64,000 nucleotides of DNA, taken from contig OZ241828.1 in NCBI GenBank assembly GCA_965202585.1, positions 46,004,001 through 46,068,000 of the forward strand, read 5' to 3'. This document shows, piece after piece, positions 38,101-52,700 of the stretch. The notes below the pieces were generated by a model. It worked only from the letters and a program-made list of their open reading frames with translations, was not told the DNA's origin and searched no databases. The stretch is from Thalia democratica (lineage: Eukaryota). How positions within the stretch are numbered: the stretch's first letter is position 1; each line of letters begins with the position of its first letter. Made by a program: the position numbers and the translations under genes.

Positions 38101-41100
38101 TAAAGTATACACAGATAACTTGTGTTCATGTTTATAAACCGTTATATTTTGAAAGGTACAGATATTTTAAAAAATATATACATCGTTACATCATGCTTTC
38201 GTAAAATGTGTCTGTCTTATCTACTATTAACAAATCAGAATTAATTTGTTTATAGTTCATGCATTTAAACTACGAAAACTTAAAAAAAAAGTATATAAAG
38301 ATATCAAAATCAGTTTTACTTACTTAAAATACTTAATAAATAAAAATTGTATTAAGTTTAAAGCCGATGTTCTATTCTTAAAATTAATAAACAAACTTTG
38401 CTTATAAGAACATATTAAACTATCTAATACATTTTTTTTGAATAAAAAAAAATTGGCATCAAAGAAACTTAGAAGATAATTAGGATTGAAGTTAATTAAT
38501 TGTTTATGAATTTTAAGTAAGAGTATAAGTAATGACAAAGAAAATTAGTAAAACTGAAAAAAAAAATTCCATGCAAACAACCTGGAAAACTCATTTCTTC
38601 ACCATCTTGTTTTTTACGCATCAACTTATCCTTGAGTGCCTGACGTACAGGCGCTAGATTTTTGCGAATGATTACAATTAATAAAAATTTATAGAATGCA
38701 ACAAAGGTATAATAAAAAAAGCTCGTTTGACAAATTAATTCAAACGAAATTAACTGCTTTACTGACTATATTTTTTTTAATTAAAAGTTTTAAATACTTT
38801 TTTTGTCATACTACTAAAAAAATATAAATTAAAATTTACCTAAAATCAAGCAATTTACATAGATGTCTAAAAGTTTTAGTTTTAAATTTTTCCCATAAAA
38901 TTGTTTAGGTATTACTTTAATATTTTCGAAACAAAATATAATATATCATAGTATTGTGCTCAAAATTTTAACTTTTTATTTTTAAAACACAATTTGAAAG
39001 TAAGGTTAGAATACGCACTTAATTTTAGTTTTAATGATAAGATATTAACTTATTAAAGAACAGTTTCCACCCTTTTAAATAATAATAGCTAGTTATATAA
39101 AAAAGCCTGACTTAAGCAAAGTTTCAAAATATAGTTTTTTTATAAAAACGGGGAAAACAAAAACTTTAAGAAAACAGAAAAAAAACTTTCCAATATAATT
39201 TATAAGTTTTGATTATTACAAGTATTTATAAAAAAATAATAAAACAGCAAAACTCAATTAGTATATTAAAATTGAAAGCAATTGAGCTAAAAAAAATTTT
39301 TAAGTTAGATATTTTTCTAAATCAAATAAAAAAATTAAATTGAAAATATTGTGCTAATAAGATGAAAAAATAATTTGTAGTAAAAAGTTTTGATCATACA
39401 ATTTAGATCATCAGACCACAGGCCCGGTAGACTGAAACTCAAACTTAGCGATTAGCCGTGCAACGTTTATCACATTGTTTAAACAGCAAGACAGCTGGTT
39501 CGCTCGTTTAATACGATTAAATAAAACATTAGCAACAGTCTCAGATGTACCAGTTGTTTTGTCAAGTGGACAATGTTAAAACGTTGCACGGCAATTTGAA
39601 AAGTCTGACCAACTTGTTTTTAAGAAATTTCTTCCAGGTTTTTGAAAGTACATGTTTTTGGGTTTATTTTTAGTTTAAAGTTAAGTTTAAGGTTAAAAAT
39701 TGTGTTAAGTAATAATAACATTGTAAAGATACTGTAAAGCTACTTTAAATCACTTTAAAGTAAAGTTTTTAAATTAAAAAAGTTTTTGATGATGACAATT
39801 TTTTTAATCTATATGATTAATTTTTCGTGTCGAATTAAGATTTTACTACTAAAGAAGTAAAACTTATTTAAAAATTTAGTTTTATAATGATTTTTGTTCA
39901 AAATTCAAGTTTTTTTTCAAATTTTCTCAAATTCCAAGTTTTTTAACATAAAGTGTCAAACTCCAGGTTTTTCCAGGATTCTAGGGACATCCTGCACTGA
40001 AGTAAACGGTAGCTTCATGGTAAAACATCATAAACTGTTTGTAGATTAACGACTGTAGTAATAAAAACGAAACCCGGCCTCAGTCTCCCGAAAGCTTGTG
40101 GTCTAATGATCGAAGTAGTCTGTTCAAAACTTTTTATTAGCTTTAGCTAATCTCACGGCACACGAAAGTCCAGACTTCGGCTATGTTAGACTTAGGCTCA
40201 TGTTTTTCTTTTTTGTAATAGATGTTTAGAATATTAGTTTTTAACAATGTTAGATACTAAACTTCGGAACTGAATTAACTTTTCATTTAACTTTTTACTT
40301 GTGGAAACAGCTCAGAGGTAATAGCAAATACAATGTTATTTGGAAAAAACCTAAAGCAAACTTAAACTTGATAAAAATTCATTGTGATGTAATTAAAAAG
40401 ACTGTAGTATATAGTTTCTGCTAATAAAGAATAAATAACTAATAGAATAAATGAACTAGTGAACCAGTACCCTAAGGAATCTTTTAAGTTAATTTTTAGT
40501 AATTTTTATTTAGTTTATTTATTTGTTGACCTTGTGTAATAATCTTTTTATTTTCTTATTAACCAACTTTTAAAAACTCATCCCTATTTCTAAAACAAAT
40601 ACAACTACTTTTTATAAATTTAAAACTTGATAAAAAACAAGCTAAAGTTTTACTTAACTTTTTTTCATTTCTCAAAAAGTTTTAGGTAGTTGTATATTTA
40701 TATATATAACTTTTGTAGGCTTTTTTTAATCTTGTGTTTAGTAAATGTATTTGTATTGTACTAAAGCATTTTGTTTGTTACATTTTTTAAAATCATTTAT
40801 TATCTTTTTTTTTGTTTGTTTTGTAGTGTTATTTTATTCTAAGTAGCTGTATTTCAACAAAACGGTCTTACTTAGAGTAAGTTTAATAAAAGTTATTTGT
40901 ATATTAGTTTTATTAATTGATAATAAATAGCGAACTTCACAACACGGCCAGCAACAACAGTATCCGAGATAACATACGACCGGTTTAGTCATTATTAGAA
41001 ATCATAAAGTAGGCATAATCGCAGGAAACCGCCATTTATGACTAAGCAAGCGGGGTAAAGTACAGGGGTTGGTGTCAGAATGACACAGCAACAAAATGAC

Positions 41101-44100
41101 ACGGTGCGTCACTTTGGCACGGCGACAAAATGACACGGTGCGTCACTTTGGCACAGCGACAAAATGACACGGTGCGTCACTTAGGCACGGTGCGTCACTA
41201 TAGCATGGATTAACTAACTTATAAGCAAAACTAAACTTCTTCAAAACTAAACATACAAATAATTATTTGTTGTTTATTAAGCACAGCTTTTAAGCACACC
41301 TAACACCTTACTACTGCTTAAAAATGAGTATGTTGTTTATAAGTACGACGGTGGACAATAGAAGGTATAAACATTACGTGTTTCACTTTATTTTATGAAG
41401 TCACAATCAAAAATTAGTTTTTGTTTTTAATTTTGTTTCTTTGTTTTTAAAGTTAATCAATGTGATTGTTGCTGATTCTACAAAACCGGTTAGAAGACAG
41501 GAAACCGAAAAGTGTCCTAGAAAAATAAGATCGTTGTCCATACCAATGAAGATTAAAGTTTCACAACAAATCCTTCCCTCCTTTATTAACCACCGTGTCA
41601 TTTTGTCGCTGTGCCAAAGTGACGTACCGTGTCTTTTTGTCGCTGTACCAAAGTGACGCACCGTGTAATTTTGTCGCCGTGCATAAGTGACGCACCGTGT
41701 AATTTTGTCTCCGTACCAAACTGACGCATCGTGCCAAGGTGACGCACCGTGTCATTTTGTCGTTGTGCCAAAGTGACGCACCGTGTCTATTTGACGACTA
41801 TGAAAGCTGTGTCATTCTTACCCGCTCCCAAAGTACAGAAGTACTGAAGGGAAAGTTGAAGAAAAAAATTATTGATGGCAAGTAACATCTCAACTTTGTT
41901 GATGATAGCAGAAATAAATACTGGTTTTATTAATTAAGTACTTTTCAAGATTTTTCTTTTTCTTGTAATAAAATTTTAGTTTTTAACTTCTAAAAAATAA
42001 GTTAAAATTTACAAAATTAATATTAAAAATATATAACAAAAAGAAGTCCTCCTAAGAGTTATTAAGACGTTTTAGTCTTAAACTAACAATCCGAAAAAGT
42101 AATTTGATTTCAATTTTTTTTAAACAAAATAAAAAGCTGCAACTAACTCAAATATTTCATTTAAAATATATGGTGTTTAACTTTTAACCAAAATTTTAAC
42201 AGTAAAACTGCTGTTACTTTCGTTTTATACATCAAAAAACCTTTAAATATATTTTTCTCAGACAATAGCTTTAACATATTGTTGCTAAATAAAATAATTT
42301 CTAGTTCTGGTAAAAGGTAAATACTTTAAATAATTACCTTTATGGGCAAAAAAAGCTAAGGTATGTTAAGGGTATGGAGGAATCCACATTGTTTTTTTAC
42401 AAGTTGATCTTATCTTGTAGCGTTTTATCCAAGCTTTCAGATATTTTTGACCACTTAACAATATTTAAAGTAACTTTTGAGACATCACAATCGAAATCCG
42501 TCAGTTAACTAGGTTTCTTATGAAAGGTGGCGCAAACCAAAAAGACAAAAATATTTTTTTTTCTCTAAACTATATAAAGAATATTTTCTGGAAGTCAAAC
42601 GTCTCTATCTCAAATATATAAAGAAGATGGGTTTTTTTAAATTTCTGAGAAAACTTGTGTTGAACCATTTGCGGTTCATACATATGTATCGGAAGCTTTT
42701 TACAAAAATTACTATTGCTCTAAAGTTGAAAATTATCTTACTTCAATTAAAACTGTCTAAAGCTTTCATATACGAGCAAATGTTATTTTTATAAAAAAAT
42801 CCCATACTCCCTTCCGCCCCATTCCCTTAAAGCAGAAACATGATTGTAGATAATTTAAAACAAAATATAATTAAACAAACTAGATTTACAAAACAAATAT
42901 GTGCCACTCGTTAGGTAATCCAATGCCCTTGAACAATCATAAAAAATGTTTTTTATCTGTCGCCGGACATCTTTGCAACCAGAGCTGAAGATCCTGTAGT
43001 GCCTTGTTGCAAATAGGACAAATCTATCTAAGAGGCTTTAGAGACCGTCCACCTTTTTACTTTTCAATACGTAAGTTTACAAATAGAGTTTGATCTCCTT
43101 TTTTTTATCTGACATTCACCTTTTGAAGTTGTACATACTACAAACTTGCCGTTCTTTCATTTTGGATAGGTTGATCTTAGACTTTTGTGCAGTTTATACA
43201 TTGCGGTTACTTACTTTTAGAAGAAGCCTTTTTGTAAACAGAGTTAGCTATTTAATTTCCTAATATTTTGCTGCGATTTAAAATTTATTGAATGTTTACA
43301 ATTTCAGTTACCTTTTAGTATAAACAGGGCTGCCAAGCTTTTTAGTGAATTTTATTAAGGTTTTCTGAACTTTTTCAGGTTTAAAAAACATACTTTTGGT
43401 CCATTTTTATTATAAAATAAATTTAAGTATAAAACACTGTTATAACAACATTGAAAATATACTGTAAATGTGTTTTAAATCAAAAAAAAATTTAACGATA
43501 CTACTAAATTTTTTTTATCTTGATGGTAGAATTTTTGTATCTAATCAAAATTTTGTTAGTTTACATGTAGAAATGGTTTAAAATTCCAAGTTTTTCCAGA
43601 TTTTTTAGTGATATTTGTTCACAATTCCAGGTTTTTTTTTCTCAAATTCCAGGTATTTTGGCAACCCTGTATAAGCCATTGAGTAGGCTAAAATAAAATT
43701 AATATAAGAACAATTAATAATGATTTGGTGTCCGTAAACATGGTAGCTGGATAAATTAACGGCACACCCGATTGCCTCAAATTCGTAATCTCCTTTTATT
43801 TCTCCCAAAAGCATTAGAAGTGGGCACGTTATTCGCCGTATGTTTTTTTTTACACCTCAGGCAAAAGCTAATTCTTCTAGTGACCTTAAATTCATACAAT
43901 ATGCAGACAAATGCTGAGCCGTCAGTGTAGACTTTAAAGCCAAAATCATTAGCTGTATACCTCAATTGCGTTCGGTATGGATTTTATAGGGTATGAAAAT
44001 GGTATTGTTGTCGGGGTTTATTGAGTGGGTGCTTAATTGTAAGTATTAAATGAATAATACTTAATATGTAATTTTTTTATTACAAAATTATAAGTGCAAT

Positions 44101-47100
44101 ATACAAGGAGCTGTTATAAACACTACACAACAAACAAAAGCTAACCTAAAACTAATATGCGATAAAAAACATAAATAACTCAACACAGATGAACTACAAC
44201 ACAACAAAACATATTTTGTTTCCTACCGGTGTAAGATACTTTAAATTTAAAACAATGAAAAACATTTACATTGTGTTCTTTTCAGACTAGGATTTCCGAG
44301 AGTGGGAAATATTGCCCCTTTAATTGCGAATTTAGGTATCAGAGGGCGATAATTATTAGGAACTTTAAAAATTAAATGGGTAATTAAATAGTAGATAGGT
44401 TATATTTAGTCTAGGGGCTAATAATTCTAAAACTTGTGCAAAAGGTGAAATAATGAAAATAAATTTGGAAAACCCAGTTTTAAAGGGAGCAACTTACATA
44501 AATGACATATTCTTGAACACTAAGTGTCTTTTTTACATAAGCTGCAAAAATGTTTCTCCTTATAAACTTTTTTTTATTCCTTTAATGACTCGTTTAAAAA
44601 AACTTCAACGAATGTTTATTTTCACAATCGATTTTATGTCGGTGTGGCCATAATAACAGGTACATACCAAAGATATTGTCAATAAATCTGAGTGTATGCT
44701 TAAAATACCATTTTCGAACGATTTTAAGATGAATGACCTCAATTTAAACATAATAAAAAAGATTGACTGTAACGTTTTCTTTTTTATTTTTCTTATAAGC
44801 GTAAACATATTCCAAAACAATAAACAACATCAAATTCTTTCAACTGTAGTTTTTGTAAAACATTTGTTTTGAATAACATTCATATTTTTTAGTTTTTAGA
44901 AATAAGTTAAAGAATGCAAGCCAACAGAACGTTTTTTAGAGGTGCAACATAGTTCCCACATTAAAATAAAGAACTGTTATTTTTTTAAAAAACAACTACT
45001 TTGTTGTTTGTTTAAAATCTAAATTGTATATTTTAAATAAAAAAATGATACAACTTTCAAGTAATTTTTTTTTGATCAGATGCCTAAGTAATAAAGTTTT
45101 CAAAACATAGTTTATATAAATTATAAGATAAAAACACTCTAATTTGGACAATCATTAATAGTTAATACAACTTAAACCATTGTTAAACAAAAAAATAACT
45201 ACATTTTAATGTAACAAGTAGACATACAAAACTTCATGTTGTTAAATATAAATATAGTTGCATAGTTATAAATTATATTGAGGTTTAAACTATAAAATGC
45301 TAGAGAGCTTCACATTTTAAGAAGCTTATATAAAGTCATAAGTCAGCCTAAAAATTACCACTTATATGTGAAGAGCTGTCGCTGATTTCTTCAACCGTAC
45401 TAACATTTGCCTTACCTGTTGATATTTGTTACACAATTTTTTACTCGGATACTATGTAAATAATAACTTAAACTTTTCTTATTAGGTTACTTTTAGTCAT
45501 TAATTTTTTTGTAAATCTAATTTCACTAAATAAATCAGTCTGGTTTTAAAATAAACTATAATCTAATAGTTGTTATTATTCAACAAACCAAGCCATTTTA
45601 CATAGGTTCTGAGCATGCTTAGAATTCCTCTCATGTCTGATATGTAAGGAAATATGTCGTAAAGTAATGCTCTGTTTCGGCACTTTATGATTCTATTAAA
45701 TGCATCAACTACCACTTGACAGTTTGTATCGAATTCAGATGCTTTTTCTGTCCATTGCAAAGCCTTAAAAACGTTACTTGATTAATTAGTGAAATTTAAA
45801 AAACACAAATACAGTTTATAAGTCAATGTGATTAATTTAATAGAAAAAAAAGCATCACATATTAAGCTTTTCAACATTCTTTTTTGTACAAGCCTTTTAC
45901 AACTAAGGCTTTAAAAGAAAATTCCTCAAAAAACGTAAGTATTATGAAAAGTTCTCAGGCAAAAGGAAAAATGACAAACGAAACAATTTTATTTATTCTG
46001 CCTTTGAAAAGGATATAATTTAGTGTGAAGAAATAATTCAAAAAACTAATAAAATAAATTCTTCTAAATAGTTTGTTTTAAATTACATAAAATTTGAACA
46101 TCATTATTAGTATTGAAAATGCTAAAGTTTTACAACTAAATATTGAAACAAAAATAAAACAACCGTTGTTGTTACATAAAATTTAATCATTATTATTAAA
46201 ATTAACCATACTACAGTCACCTCTCTCGAATCTACGCACATGAATCTGTGTCCAAAGCAAAAGTGTGTAACTAAACGAGAGAACGTTACTAAACGAGATG
46301 TAACTAAACGAGAGAACGTTACTAAACGAGATGTAGAAAATATACCTACTATATTGGCTATTTTCTAATAATGAATTTGATTAAATACAGTATAGGGGAC
46401 TTTCCTACTTTTTTGTTTTAACAATAGTTTTCATTCAAGTTGCATATATGTGAAAAGCTTTTTTAATAAAAATTGTTTATGTGTATAAAAAGTTTTTTTT
46501 CTACTTTCTTTCTTGCCCAACTAATTGCATGGCATTAAAAAAGATCTTTCTCTAATACCATACAAGAGAAGTTCAATATTAACTCTAGGTAGCAATAGGG
46601 TGCATTTGTTGCCCCGACTTCGAAATTTTCCTTAGCTTTTTTTTGTATCAAGGTAAATCATATAAATAGACGGCACAAAAAAATAGCTTCCTAGCTATAA
46701 TCCTGTTAAAGCAGAACACTTTTGAAAATTATGCTCTATATCGTAATTTTATAAGATAAACGAGGGTTTTTTTAAGTAAGCTTTACTTTGTAGAATTTTA
46801 TCCAAGCTATAAGTTTCTTTTTACAGTTATTTGAAAATATTCATATTTTTTTAAATATGAACAACCAAAGTTTATAATTTCATTAGTTTTTTTAAAGTAG
46901 AAGCAAAATAAAAGAGCAAAAAAAAAGACTACTCCATTTAAAATACATCTTCTCTTAGAAAATATATAAAATTTAACTTTTGTAAAGTAAAGAGTTGCAA
47001 CCTCCTTTTGTGCAGTGCACTTTATTTTTTTGATGTCAAATTTAACAAAATAGCTCAAAATTGACCTAAAAAAATGTGAAAGAGTAGATAATGGTTTCTT

Positions 47101-49750
47101 GAAAAAGGACCTACGAAAATATACTAACAAAAAGGCTTCATCAAAAAACAAGTTAGTTTATTTTAAGTTACTTCGTTCATGTAACACTACAGGGTTTCCA
47201 CAGTATAACTTAGTGAACTTATGTTTAACTCAGGACAGTTTAAAGTTATTTTTTAAAATCAGGATGTCCCAAGTTTTATTAAAATTTTTGACTTTTTGAA
47301 ATTTTGAAAAGTTAGTTAAATTTTTTTAGGTATTTAAAAAAAATCAGAATTACTTAAGACAGTTTAAAAGGTCACTAACGGCATTTTTTTACTCAAAGAG
47401 TGGCAACCGCTTGTCTGTTTCTGTCTCAAAAAACAACATAAGCTTCTAGGAGTTCCTTGATTAGGAAAGAACTTGAAAAAAATTTACGGCGAAACATCTG
47501 TAATAAAGTATTGGGTCTTCTTCAAGAATAAAACTGTGTAAACTGCATTGATGGTATGGATTTTGACACTTCCAACTCTAATATAGGGAAACACAAAGGT
47601 GTTTGTATGACATTTCAAAAAAGTCTTGGTAAGCCAATCCAATATTTTTGCTAGCTTGCAAACATCATGTACTAGAGCTGCTACTAAATAACGTTTTTAG
47701 TTTTTAAGCCATAGAAAAATCAAAAATATCAGAGATAGTAATCTTCAAAAAATTCAAGAATCATTGGCAAAATATTTTGCAACACTTTGATATAAATTAT
47801 GTTTTGAATTTAGAAGTTGCTTCTAAAATTCGTTAAAATTATCAAAATTTACAATTGCCTTGTCTGCTTGATGATTATAAAGTAGTTGTCAAACTAGCCT
47901 TAAGTTACATTGGACTTCTGCCCTCGCAAGGTTTTACTCCTCAACGTCCTCGAGCTGTTTCTAAAGCTAGATGGACGAGCTAGGTAACTTACGTTCTTAA
48001 AATAGTTTTGCTTTCACAATAGAACTCATTAAAAACTATTTCAGACACCTTTTGTTAAGAAATACTGAAACGATTTGTTGATTTTTGCATAAATTGCTAC
48101 CTTTCCCCCTGGATCAATTGTACTGTGGCTTTAGCAGCTCCTGGCAACGACTTGGATTTGTTAATTACACTTCAAAAATACAAAAGTACTGATAAGTTAT
48201 GTGCAACCTCTGCGTTAAGTTTGATGAAAAAGCATCTTTGGTATCTTGTTGAAGAACTAGTTCCTTTGATGATCATACCAGTCAAAGCTAAGGTTTCTGA
48301 TGCTTTAAATCATCAAATAAATCAGGATAGGCACCAAACATTTAGGAAAAACAATGAGTTACCTATTCGTCCTGTCTGGTTTAATGAGAAACGAGATTTA
48401 GCAGACTTTGTTGGAAATAATTCCATGCTTTTATTTTTAAATCCTAGACTGCAGTCATTCTTTTCTTATTAATCCACCAGAACAATGGACTAGCGACAAA
48501 GATTAATTAGATACAAAAGAAACAGTAAATTACATAAGTGTAGTCAATGACGCTGCCGAACGAAGTGTTAAATTGTTCAGCAATTTTGTAACGAGAAATG
48601 AAGACACATATCAAGGCAATCTACAAACTATCGAGGAGGATAGGTAGCAAGTACCAAACCTCAGAATCATGAATAGAAACAAAATATTGTAATTTGTTTT
48701 ATTTCGATTTTAATCAAAAAATTCAACTCTTAACAAATATTTGTGGTTAATGTATTTTTCTAAAAGTGATAAAATTTTAATAAATATCTAATTTCTTTTT
48801 AAATAACTAATAATATATTCTAAAAGTTATTTTGTTAAAGAAAAAAAAAACGACCTTTTCCAAATACACCAATATAAAGCAAGCTTTTCAAAAGTGCTCT
48901 GCTCTAACAGGCTTATAGCTAGGAAGCTATTTTTTTGTGCTGTCTATTTACGGCATTTGCCACATACAAAAAAATAAGCTAAACAAAATTGAAAAAAATA
49001 AATTTTTGAGGGGCAACAGATGCATCTTAGTGGGCAAGAAAGAACTAGCAAAAACAATTGATTTATTAAGTTTAAATAAAACTTTCTGCCATAAATATTG
49101 TGCAGAATCGAACATTGTACCTTGTTTAATTTAAAGGTATAAAGGGAGCTAAGAGATCTAAAATATAAAGAGCAAAGCTATAGCGTTCAATAGGTTCTTT
49201 ATAAAAGGCACAAACAAAAAATTCATAAATATCAACTTTATACAAAGAATACTTTCTTCCATATTTCAAAAAATTTAATTTAAAACTATAATAAAAAATA
49301 TTTTACTATATATATATATATAACTTATTAAAATGACGATTTTAAAAATGCCGGAACATATGTTTAATAAAGACAAAAAAGATTGTCTCTAATCTTCAGC
49401 CAGTTCAAATTTAAAATAAAAAGCAATTTGGTAAACAAAGATGCAAAAGTTTACAAAAAAACAAAAACAATATGACGTAAGAATTTAGCTATTGCTAAAC
49501 TTTTTTAACTTTCATTTGTGTATTTTGTTTTGTGCTTTATTTTAAACTTGTTTTGAAGCTGATGAGTGCATAGGCACAAAACTCGAGTCCTTTGAGTTTT
49601 GCATCTTTAAAAAAACTATTTATATATATATATAAAGATGTAAAACTCGAGTCCTTTGAGTTTTACATCTTTAAATAAACCTTTTTATTAATTAAGCCCT
49701 TAAGGTGGGCTCAGTGTGAAAGATTTAATTTATCAAGTTAAATAACTTAG

Positions 49751-49781
<31 letters not shown>

Positions 49782-52700
49782 CACTCATAAAACTTAATAG
49801 ATAAAACTAACTGTACAATAAGAAAACATTCTAAACTAAACCAATGGAAAAATACAGATAAAGTGATCAACTGGTTCGAAAAATCAACAAAAACTACAGA
49901 TTCATAAAATTCGAAATCACTAAATTTTACCCAAGTATAACTACATATAATTTAATTAAAGCATTAGAATTCGCTGAACAATTTTACCCAATAACAGACA
50001 AAGAAATGAATCTAATAATACACTCTTGTAAAGCAATTTTAACACATAAAAATCAAACCTGGGAAAAAGTAAGTTCAAACTAGTTATTTAATGTAAGTGT
50101 GGGATCATTTAACGGGGCAGAAATAAGCGATTTAATAGGGTTATTTTTACTGAATGAAATTAAAAAAAGTAAGATTTTTACAGAGAATGAATTCGGATTA
50201 TATAGAGATGACGGACTAGGTATAATAAGAAACAAATCACCGAGATCAGCAGAAAAAACTGCTAAATATTTAATTAAATTATTTAAACAAAACGGCTTTA
50301 AAGTAACAATAGAATCCGGATTATTCCAAACATATTTTTTAGATGTATTCTTCAACATATTAAACTGAAGTTACCGACCTTACAATAAACCAAACTCACC
50401 AAATTTATACATTAACAACAACTCCAATCACCCCCGACTACCCGAAATAATAAACAGAGACTAATAAAACTTTCTAATAATAAAAAATCTTTTAACAAAG
50501 TAAAAAGTGAATACCAAAAAGCATTAATTTCAGCCATTTACAAAGATACCTTAAAATACAAAAAAACCTCCATCTAAAAGAAATAAAAGACAAAGAAATA
50601 GAGACAAAATATTTTTCAACCCACCGTTTAGTCTAGTGTTTGTTCTAAAATAGGCAATCAACTTTTAAATCTGATTACCACATTCTTCGATGAAAGCCAT
50701 CCATGTAACAAAATATTCAACTGCAACACAATTAAAATATCATTCAGTTGTACAAGTAATTTTAGAAGCAAAATAATATCACACAACAATAAAATATTTA
50801 AATAAAACAATATAAACGATAAAAGCAACACAAAAGATAAAATTTGCAATAGCCGCAAAGAACCTTGCCCTTCAAACAATCAATGCCTAGTTTCAAACAT
50901 GATATATAGAGCAACAATAACATCTAATAAAACAACCAAAGAGTACTTAAGATCTACAGGAAATATTTTCAAACAAAGATATAGGAATCACAAATCTTCA
51001 TTCAACAACATTAACAAAAGACATACAACAGAACTGGCAAACTATATTTGGAATTAAAAAGATAACAACAGATACTATAAAATTAAATGGGAAATACTAC
51101 GAAGGAAAAAATCAAAATTCAATACTAAATTTGGCTGCAAACTTTGAAACTTACAAAAAATAGAAATTGATAAATTAGGCAAGAACATAACACTAAACAA
51201 CAAAAGAGAAAGACAAAATATATGCATTCATAACCAAAAATACTTTTTTAGCAAAACTAAAACTAACTAAATATTAAATCAAAGTAAAATTAAGCCGGGA
51301 ACACGAATAGTTTAAAACATTTTTGTTATACAGTTTAAAACATTTTTCTAATACAACCTTTCCAAACTTTTCAAAATGCATAAATTCTTAAACTAACAAG
51401 ATCAGCGTATTTTTTCAAACTTAACTTACTGTACAAAAAACCTTCATTATTACTACATTATGATAAATATAAAATTTTGAAATTTTTAATTTCTGTTAAA
51501 CACTGTTAATAAAATTTAGCTTTACTGATGAGGTCGTATAAACCTATTTTTTTTATATAATCAAATGAAGAAATATGTATATTGTTAGTTCAAAACACAC
51601 AACAAATTTACTATATTATAAACTTTTCAACTTTTGTAATTTTGAGTTATAATATGCGTAACTAAACGAAAATGCGTTAACAAAATAGTGAGTAGATTTG
51701 TGAAAGGTGACTGTACTAAAGTTTTACAACTATATAGCATTTGAAATAATAAAAAAATCGTTGTCCTTACAAAACGTTAGTAGAACTAGTTTATTACAGT
51801 AGTTTTTAAACAGAAAAAAACTTTAAATTCTAATTTTGTTATGTCAGGTAAGTAAGTTTTTAATTCAGTAAGTATCAGGTTTAGTTAGAGATAGTCAAGT
51901 AAATATAATATCTCTTAAATTAAAAAAAAAACGGAAAAAAAAGGTAAAGTACTACAAAATAACCTTAAATAGAGTATAGTTTTTATATTTAACTGTATAT
52001 TAGGCATAAATATCAATAATTTGGGTACAAAAAATGTACCTTATCAACAAAAGCTTCTGATCTTCGGTCCTTTTCCCGAGACATGCTCGAAGCCTCGCCT
52101 TTTAGGCGTTTAAAACTGTCAAGAATGTCTAAACCAAACTTTCCGTGTTCATAAGGCAAGTAAAAGCACTCGGCTAGAACATGCAAATCATTTACAGTCA
52201 CAGGTTCATAATCTTCATCATTGTGGGAAACAGGCTGCTGAGGAGTTGAAGGACCTGAATCCGTAAGTGCTTCCATTACAATATCGTTGCTAGCTGCGTT
52301 ATTAAGGCAGCTACCGGCCACGGAGTTGTTTGTTGCTGTAGTTTCAATAGAAATGTTGTCATCGTTGGCATTATGAACTTGTAAGTTGTCGTCTGTTTGC
52401 ATCGTGAAATCTACAGTATACTGACTAGAAATTTCATGATCGGTGTCAATCTGAAACATATTTAAAATGCTAGATAAGCATAACATGAAAAACTTTATAG
52501 ACACAACTATTTATGAAAAAACTAAGAGTAATAAGCTTACTAAGTATGTACTTAAAGTTCGTAAGTATATTGAACTAATATTTCTATTGTAATACATTTT
52601 TATAATATCTGGACAATAAAAAAAAACAATTATTTAAAACTGTTTTATCTGGTGATTAAAGAAGCTTTAAATATAGATCAACTTAAACCTGCATAATTTT

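Noticed and set aside
41407-41755. Overlapping short ORFs; similar ones at 19581-19796, 59363-59605 and 63391-63679
   Set aside because: They are open frames through MITE repeats, with no coding signature.
43605-43965. RNase H-like VYTDGSA motif in a short minus-strand ORF
   Set aside because: A single motif in broken frames. Possibly a retroelement relic, but too weak to call.
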